Source: an uncultured Methanosarcinales archaeon (GTDB lineage Archaea > Nanobdellota > Nanobdellia > Woesearchaeales > DATDXC01). From it: a DNA stretch of 64,000 nucleotides. Within the stretch, counting starts at the first letter, position 1, and every line of letters begins with the position of its first letter. Positions 58,313 to 64,000 of the stretch are shown here, one piece after another. The notes below the pieces were generated by a model. The model did not search any database and was not told the DNA's origin. It was given only the letters and a program-made list of their open reading frames with translations. Where the stretch lies: positions 64,611-128,610 of the forward strand of contig CAZDZV010000004.1 of assembly GCA_964510025.1 (NCBI GenBank), given 5' to 3'. A program made the translations under genes and the position numbers.

Positions 58313-59341
58313 CTACTCAGCGCAGTTCTTCTCAATATCTATCTGCAGGCTCTCGTTTGTTTTCCTGATAGAAGCCTCTGCATCTTTCATGCCCATAGCT
58401 GCCCGGATCGCATCGATATTTTCACAGACAACATCTGATTCCTGATGTATTGCCTGCATATAAAGAAGCTTCCTGCCTGTAACGCCGACAGCCTCTTTCC
58501 AGACCACTATCTCAGGCATATCGCTCCTGTTCCGGCCCAGGTCCTTGGCAAATTCCATGATCTCAGCTGTAGACCTAACCATGGAAGCGTTTGCCACTAC
58601 CCTTATTCTTGTGGTATTGTCAAAAAGCTTCAGCACCTCATTGACATCGGGCTTCTCCTTGCAGTCTATGGTGACGCTATGCACATGCATAAGCGTGCTT
58701 GATACAGACAAGGCGCTTGTAAAAATATTGAGCTCAGGCATGACTGTCTGCACATCTGGCCCGTGATGGCTGGGAAGCTCAAGAACAGGCACAACAGAAT
58801 TTATAGGTCCATGCCTTATGTCCCATGGGTCAGCTCCCCTCCTTATCATGGTGGCGTGTACTGCGTCTATGCCGTATTTTTGCTTCACTGCATTTAGGGT
58901 CCTGCAGAGTCCTGTGGTATTGCAGCTGACCACCCTGATATAGTCCTTGCCTACAGCCTGGTCATAGTTGCATTGGGCTGTAAAGCTAATATCAGCAACC
59001 TTGTCTTTTTCACCGCCCTGGAATATTGCTTTGACCTTATTTGGAACATAATATTTCTCCTTGTTTTCAGCTCCGCCTTTTTTTGGGGAACAGTCTATCA
59101 CAACATCCACATCCTTCAGCATATCTTCAAAATCACCCTTCATCTTAAGTCCGTTGAGATCCTGGGCTTCTGGCCATTTGTACATGGGAATCTTCTTTAT
59201 AGCTGCAGATATCATCCGGTAGTTGAAGCTTCTGGCAGTTACACCTGTAAGCTCCATGTCGTCCTGCAATAAAACAGCGTCTGCTACCCTCTTTCCGATA
59301 GTCCCGTATCCAACAATCCCCACCCTGATTCTGTCTGCCAT
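58313..59341 (-). CDS. gap: Glyceraldehyde-3-phosphate dehydrogenase, archaeal type II
   Basis: 'GYGTIGKRVADAV', 'FQGGEK', 'RVVSCNTTGL', 'PSHHGPDV', 'QAIHQES'. Confidence 0.96.
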   Translation of the reverse strand: MADRIRVGIVGYGTIGKRVADAVLLQDDMELTGVTARSFNYRMISAAIKKIPMYKWPEAQDLNGLKMKGDFEDMLKDVDVVIDCSPKKGGAENKEKYYVPNKVKAIFQGGEKDKVADISFTAQCNYDQAVGKDYIRVVSCNTTGLCRTLNAVKQKYGIDAVHATMIRRGADPWDIRHGPINSVVPVLELPSHHGPDVQTVMPELNIFTSALSVSSTLMHVHSVTIDCKEKPDVNEVLKLFDNTTRIRVVANASMVRSTAEIMEFAKDLGRNRSDMPEIVVWKEAVGVTGRKLLYMQAIHQESDVVCENIDAIRAAMGMKDAEASIRKTNESLQIDIEKNCAE

Positions 59342-59345
59342 TTTC

Positions 59346-60467
59346 TCACCTTTTTAGTTTTTGTCGCACTATTGAAGCTGTGCCCTCAGACCTGAATGCC
59401 TTGATATGTTCAGAAGCTGCTTTATAGCTTAGCTCCTCTATCTCTTTTTCGCATTCCTCTGACATCGAATATATTCTCTCAAAAAATTCTTTAGGGGCAT
59501 ATTTGCCGTTCTTTCCAAAGATCTCTTCTGGCTTCTTGCCCTCTATGGGCTTATTTTTCTGGACCCATTCATACATGTCATTGTACAGGTCACCATGATA
59601 CTTCTTCAAGCTGTCAAATACAATATTCTGGAACAAGGTAGCGACATTCCCTTTCAGTATATCTCCGTGAGGGAACTTATCCCTTATAATCTCAAGCGGT
59701 GTTCCTGTGATGCCATGCTGCGCTATCCGGACGTTGCATGCTGCAGCCCTTAAGGCCTTTGCAACCTCTTTTGTCTGGTCTATGTTTATGGTGGTCTGTG
59801 CAATGGGGTTTCCAGCATCATCAAAGATATTTCCATGCGTTGAGCCGTTGGCTATCGCTATCAGGTTTGGATAGATTCCCGCTTGGTTCAGCCTTGTTAT
59901 GAACACTACTGCCTCTTCCGGCTTTGTGAGCACCATACCTGCGCTGCCTTTTCTTCCTATCTCGCCGACCTCAACCTCGAGACCGAAATCTTTTCCCCCC
60001 ATTTTTTCTTTTATGAACTTTCCCAGTTCAATTGTAGCTTCGATATTAGGCTTAAGCTCTTCTTCTATTGATTTGCCCTGGAAGTTGAACTGATGTGAGG
60101 CATCTATCGCAAAGCTTGTGTATCCCGCCTCTATCTGGGCTGATATAAGGTCCTTGAGGAAAGCGATGTCTTCAGGCACTTTCTTTACGCCGAGATGGTC
60201 CGCATGCAAAACCCATATATCATGCTTTATCTTTTTGTTTTCCCTTTGAAGGTTGGCCGAATATGTCTTTGGAGTCAGGCCGGTGTACCCAACCTGATGG
60301 TTGCACTCTGTCTTTGCCAGCTCAAATATCAGGGCTGAATCAAGATCCTTTGCTGCCTTGAAAACGCCGGCTGCTACACCCTTTGTTATCCTTGCATTGC
60401 ATGCTAGTATTATGCACCCTTTATCCTTTAGTGCATCATAGACGATGTTTCCTGCTAATGGTTTCAT
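59346..60467 (-). CDS. fba: Class II fructose-bisphosphate aldolase
   Basis: 'HADH', 'AIDAS', 'EVEVGEIG', 'NGSTHG', 'AQHGITG', 'KGNVAT'. Confidence 0.9.
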   Translation of the reverse strand: MKPLAGNIVYDALKDKGCIILACNARITKGVAAGVFKAAKDLDSALIFELAKTECNHQVGYTGLTPKTYSANLQRENKKIKHDIWVLHADHLGVKKVPEDIAFLKDLISAQIEAGYTSFAIDASHQFNFQGKSIEEELKPNIEATIELGKFIKEKMGGKDFGLEVEVGEIGRKGSAGMVLTKPEEAVVFITRLNQAGIYPNLIAIANGSTHGNIFDDAGNPIAQTTINIDQTKEVAKALRAAACNVRIAQHGITGTPLEIIRDKFPHGDILKGNVATLFQNIVFDSLKKYHGDLYNDMYEWVQKNKPIEGKKPEEIFGKNGKYAPKEFFERIYSMSEECEKEIEELSYKAASEHIKAFRSEGTASIVRQKLKR

Positions 60468-61519
60468 TTTTCAAAAAATAGCCTTGCTTCCTCATATCTG
60501 TGCTTCGGTACGGTTTTTAGCCTGCCTACTGCACTTTTCAGATTGACAGCCACTATATCAGTTCCCTTTAAAGCAGCCATCTTGCCAAATTCCTTTTTGT
60601 CTATCATATCAGCAGCCTTAATTCCTAGTCTTGTGCCCAGCACCCTGTCAAATACGGTCGGCGAGCCTGCCCTCTGCAGGTGTCCTAGCACGACATGCCT
60701 GCATTCCACTCCAGTCCTATCCTCTATCTCCTTCGCCAGTCGCTGTGCAATGCCCCCTAGCCTCACATGACCAAAAGCATCCTTTTCTTCTGTCTGAAGC
60801 TGCATCTGTCCTGTTTTTGGCAGCGCCCCTTCAGAAACCGCGATGATAGAATAGTGCTTTCCTTTTTTTCTTCTGTTCAATATTATCCTGCACACCTCAT
60901 CAATGTCGAACTGCTCCTCAGGCAGGAGTATGATAGATGCGCCGCCTGCTATGCCTGCTTCCAGCGCCATCCAGCCGGCATGCCTGCCCATTATCTCAAC
61001 CACAATTGTCCTGTGGTGAGATTTAGCTGTTGTGTGAAGGTTCTCCAGCGCCTCTGTTGCTCTAGTGATGGCAGTATTGAAGCCGAAGGTGTAATCAGTC
61101 TCATTCAGATCATTGTCGATGGTCTTTGGGACACCGACAGCCTTGACACCCTCAGCAGCCAGCTTTTCAGCCACGCCCAGCGTGTCTTCTCCGCCAATAG
61201 CTATAAGGTAGTCACACCTTAGTTTCTTCAGGTTATCTTTGACCTTTTTCGGACCATTCTTGACATTATACGGGTTTGTTCTGGATGTGTGGAGGATGGT
61301 TCCGCCAAGCATATGTATATCGCTTATCTGATCAAGATCCAGGGCACCGCAGTGCTCACAGTCCAACAGCCCTTTCCAGCCGTTAAGAATGCCCAGCACA
61401 TCATATCCAAGTTTCTTTGCTTTGACCACTATGCCCCTTATAACAGCATTAAGTCCAGGCGCATCTCCTCCCCCCGTCAAAACCGCTATCTGCTTTTTCT
61501 TTTGGCCGGTAATTGTCAT
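60464..61519 (-). CDS. pfkA: PfkA-family 6-phosphofructokinase, probably PPi-dependent
   Basis: 'GGDAPGLN', 'GGTILHTSR', 'GGEDT', 'PKTIDND', 'MGRHAG', 'LGHLQR'. Confidence 0.93.
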   Translation of the reverse strand: MTITGQKKKQIAVLTGGGDAPGLNAVIRGIVVKAKKLGYDVLGILNGWKGLLDCEHCGALDLDQISDIHMLGGTILHTSRTNPYNVKNGPKKVKDNLKKLRCDYLIAIGGEDTLGVAEKLAAEGVKAVGVPKTIDNDLNETDYTFGFNTAITRATEALENLHTTAKSHHRTIVVEIMGRHAGWMALEAGIAGGASIILLPEEQFDIDEVCRIILNRRKKGKHYSIIAVSEGALPKTGQMQLQTEEKDAFGHVRLGGIAQRLAKEIEDRTGVECRHVVLGHLQRAGSPTVFDRVLGTRLGIKAADMIDKKEFGKMAALKGTDIVAVNLKSAVGRLKTVPKHRYEEARLFFEK

Positions 61520-61649
61520 TTGTTTTCCCCCGGGACAGCTTAGAAAATAAGTGATATATAAATTTTTCCATTATCATACCTTATCATACAAAAAACAAAA
61601 CGCTTAAATATAAGACTTATAAACAAATCCTATATCCGAAAGATTTACG

Positions 61650-62507
61650 ATGAAAGAAAGGATCACCATCACACTGGGCAAGGATATCATAAACCAGCTA
61701 GACAGGAGGATAGACGGCAGAGAGATAAAAAACAGAAGCCAGGAGATAGAGAAGATCCTTGAGGATGCCTTGGGCATAAGCATACCGTCAAAAGCTCTTA
61801 TATTGGCCGGTGGAAAAGGAACCAGGTTAAGGCCCCTTACATATACAACCCCAAAAGCGCTGGTGGAGGTCAGAGGAAAGACGCTGACCGAATGGATGTT
61901 TGACCTTCTGAAAAAATACCGTATTCGCGATATAATACTATCTGTGGGCTATCTGGCTGACAAGATAAGGGACTATTTCACAGATGGAAGCAGGTTCGGC
62001 ATGAATATCGACTACGTCCAGGAAAACCCGAACAAGCCTCTTGGAACAGCCGGCCCTATCAAGCTGGCAGAGGACAAGCTGAAGGACAGTTTTATAGTGT
62101 CAAACGGTGATGAGCTAAAATCAATAAATATCTCCAGGATGTTCAGGCTGCACAAGAGAAAGAAGGCACTGGCAACCATCGCCCTGACTTCAGTGAACGA
62201 TCCTTCGCTGTATGGGGTAGCCAGGCTGGACGGCAGCAGGATAGTTGAGTTTGTCGAGAAGCCAAAAAAGGACTCTCCTTCAAACCTTATCAACTCTGGA
62301 TTCTACATCCTCGAGCCAGAGGTCATAGAGATGATCCCGGAAAACAGGAAGTGCATGCTTGAGACAGATATATTCCCGAAGCTGGCAGAGGACGGCAACC
62401 TTAGGGGCTTTCCATTCTCCGGCCAGTGGTTCGACACAGGTAATTTTGAAAGGCTTGAAGATGCCAGAAAAAACTGGAAGGGTATCCATGTCAAGGAGGA
62501 AAACTAG
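61650..62507 (+). CDS. RHH/CopG domain fused to NDP-sugar nucleotidyltransferase (mannose-1-P guanylyltransferase-like)
   Basis: N-terminal 'MKERITITL...NRSQEIEKIL'; 'LAGGKGTRLRPLT..PK', 'LGTAG', 'FVEKP', 'WFDTG'. Confidence 0.9.
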   Translation: MKERITITLGKDIINQLDRRIDGREIKNRSQEIEKILEDALGISIPSKALILAGGKGTRLRPLTYTTPKALVEVRGKTLTEWMFDLLKKYRIRDIILSVGYLADKIRDYFTDGSRFGMNIDYVQENPNKPLGTAGPIKLAEDKLKDSFIVSNGDELKSINISRMFRLHKRKKALATIALTSVNDPSLYGVARLDGSRIVEFVEKPKKDSPSNLINSGFYILEPEVIEMIPENRKCMLETDIFPKLAEDGNLRGFPFSGQWFDTGNFERLEDARKNWKGIHVKEEN

Positions 62508-62510
62508 GTA

Positions 62511-63842
62511 ATGTCGATCTTCAAAGCATACGATGTACGGGGGATTTACCCGGATGAGATAGATGAGCATCTGGCCTACAAGATAGGGAGGGCTTTCGTG
62601 GTCTTCATGAAGGCCAAACAGGTGGTGGTCTCCCAGGACATGAGGGTAAGCTCTGACTCATTGAAGAAGGAGCTATTGGCAGGCATAACAGACCAGGGCG
62701 CAGATGTGATAGAGGTTCAGGGATTCAGCTCTACGCCAAAGCATTATTTTGCTTCATGGTGGCTTAAGGCTCCTGCATCAATAATGGTGACTGCATCCCA
62801 TAATCCAGGCAAATACAACGGATTCAAGTTCACAAGGAAGGATGCGATCGCTATATCGGGAGAGGATGGGATCAAGGATATGGAAAAGCTGGTAGCTGAG
62901 AATAGCTTTCGCAAGCCCACGAGAAAAGGCAGAATAATAAGGAAAGATATCACTGAAGAGTATAAGAAACATCTGATGAAATTTGTTGATGCGAAAAAAA
63001 TAAGGCCGCTAAAGGTTGTGATTGATGCTGGCAATGGCATGGGGGGCAGAGAGCTTGAGCTGATCCTGGATAAGCTCCCGCTGCATGTCATCAAGATGTA
63101 CTTTGAGCCTGATGGATCATTCCCCAACCATGAAGCCAACCCGCTTCTGGATGAAAACTGCAAGGCAATAATAAAGAGGATAAGGAAAGAAAAAGCTGAT
63201 CTGGGGATAGCGCCTGATGGTGATGTTGACAGGGTGTTCTTTTTTGACGAGAAAGGGAGGAGGATACCCGGCGACCTTGTCACGGCGCTGATAGCTGAAA
63301 AGCTGCTCGAAAGAGGCAGGGGGGAAAAGGTCCTTTATGACTTAAGAAGCTCATGGGCCACAAAGGAAAAGATAGAAGAGCACGGAGGCAAGGCTTTGAT
63401 GTGCAGGGTCGGCCATGCCTTTATCAAGGAAAGGATGAGAAAGACAAATGCGCTTTTCGCCGGCGAGCTTTCAGGCCATTTTTATTTCAGGGAAAATTTC
63501 TTCACTGACTCAGGCATAATAGCTGCCCTAAAATTTCTACAGATTGTATCCAGGAAAAACAAGAAAGTCAGCGACATCATAGAGCCGATGAAAAAGTATT
63601 ATGTCTCAGGTGAGATTAATTCCACTGTGAAGAACAAGGATAAGATCATGAAAAAACTCGGACAGCTCTATGCAGACGGCAAGGTAACCTGGATAGACGG
63701 CATACGGGTGGATTACGATGATTGGTGGTTCAATGTACGCCCGTCCAACACAGAGCCGTTGCTGAGGCTAAACCTGGAAGCCAAGACAAAGGAGCTTATG
63801 GAAGAAAAAAGAGATGAGATTCTGGGTATAATCAGAAGCTGA
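62511..63842 (+). CDS. Phosphomannomutase/phosphoglucomutase
   Basis: 'IFKAYDVRG', 'TASHNP', 'DGDVDR', 'GELSGH', 'RPSNTEP'. Confidence 0.95.
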   Translation: MSIFKAYDVRGIYPDEIDEHLAYKIGRAFVVFMKAKQVVVSQDMRVSSDSLKKELLAGITDQGADVIEVQGFSSTPKHYFASWWLKAPASIMVTASHNPGKYNGFKFTRKDAIAISGEDGIKDMEKLVAENSFRKPTRKGRIIRKDITEEYKKHLMKFVDAKKIRPLKVVIDAGNGMGGRELELILDKLPLHVIKMYFEPDGSFPNHEANPLLDENCKAIIKRIRKEKADLGIAPDGDVDRVFFFDEKGRRIPGDLVTALIAEKLLERGRGEKVLYDLRSSWATKEKIEEHGGKALMCRVGHAFIKERMRKTNALFAGELSGHFYFRENFFTDSGIIAALKFLQIVSRKNKKVSDIIEPMKKYYVSGEINSTVKNKDKIMKKLGQLYADGKVTWIDGIRVDYDDWWFNVRPSNTEPLLRLNLEAKTKELMEEKRDEILGIIRS

Positions 63843-63961
63843 CCATTAGAAAATAGTAAAATCTAAAAATCCAAACTTTTAAATATGATTGAGAATTTCT
63901 ACGCTCAGTGAGAGGGAAAGGAGAAGTTTAGTTCTCACAACAAAGCAATATATGCTTTAAA

Positions 63962-64000
63962 ATGCGAAAATTAAAGCCTGTTTTACCGAGCTTGCGTGAA
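63962..64000 (+). CDS. 5' fragment of RNase P protein component 2 (Pop5/Rpp14), truncated by window end
   Basis: MRKLKPVLPSLRE resembles the archaeal Pop5 N-terminus; only 13 codons visible. Confidence 0.5.
   Translation, partial: MRKLKPVLPSLRE

Noticed and set aside
1..64000. CRISPR arrays, rRNA, transposases, inteins, stop-codon recoding
   Set aside because: No repeat-spacer periodicity, rRNA motifs, transposase/Hint motifs or in-frame stops in conserved genes were seen by eye; not verified computationally

Overview
Gene-dense archaeal chromosomal window, most likely from a DPANN (Woesearchaeota-like) genome. Archaeal markers include S8e, L37e, Sm, TrmB, type II GAPDH, archaeal/eukaryotic-type ProRS, CCA-less tRNA-Leu(TAG) and BRE/TATA promoters with many leaderless genes; the finer lineage call is inference from protein style. 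The window is metabolically rich for such an organism: MetH+MetF, ribD/ribB, argH, proCAB next to proS, prs, pfk-fba-gap, two phosphohexomutases and four base-excision-repair glycosylases. Top observation: a compact cobalamin (B12) riboswitch-like element (41469-41537, minus strand) with its own promoter and a candidate kissing-loop hairpin next to the SD. It heads an operon of a CbrT-like ECF S-component and a membrane-anchored protein with a DUF4430/transcobalamin-like head on an S-layer-type stalk. This looks like a riboswitch-controlled B12 capture system in an archaeon, and a B12-dependent MetH lies in the same window. Second: a 5182-aa surface protein with an S8 subtilase and a C25 gingipain-type protease, each apparently inserted into a split Ig-like domain, plus S-layer modules, preceded by an unannotated RHH-like gene. 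Several real small ORFs are missing from the ORF track. No CRISPR array, rRNA or mobile element was seen. All family calls come from motif recognition by eye; no searches were run.
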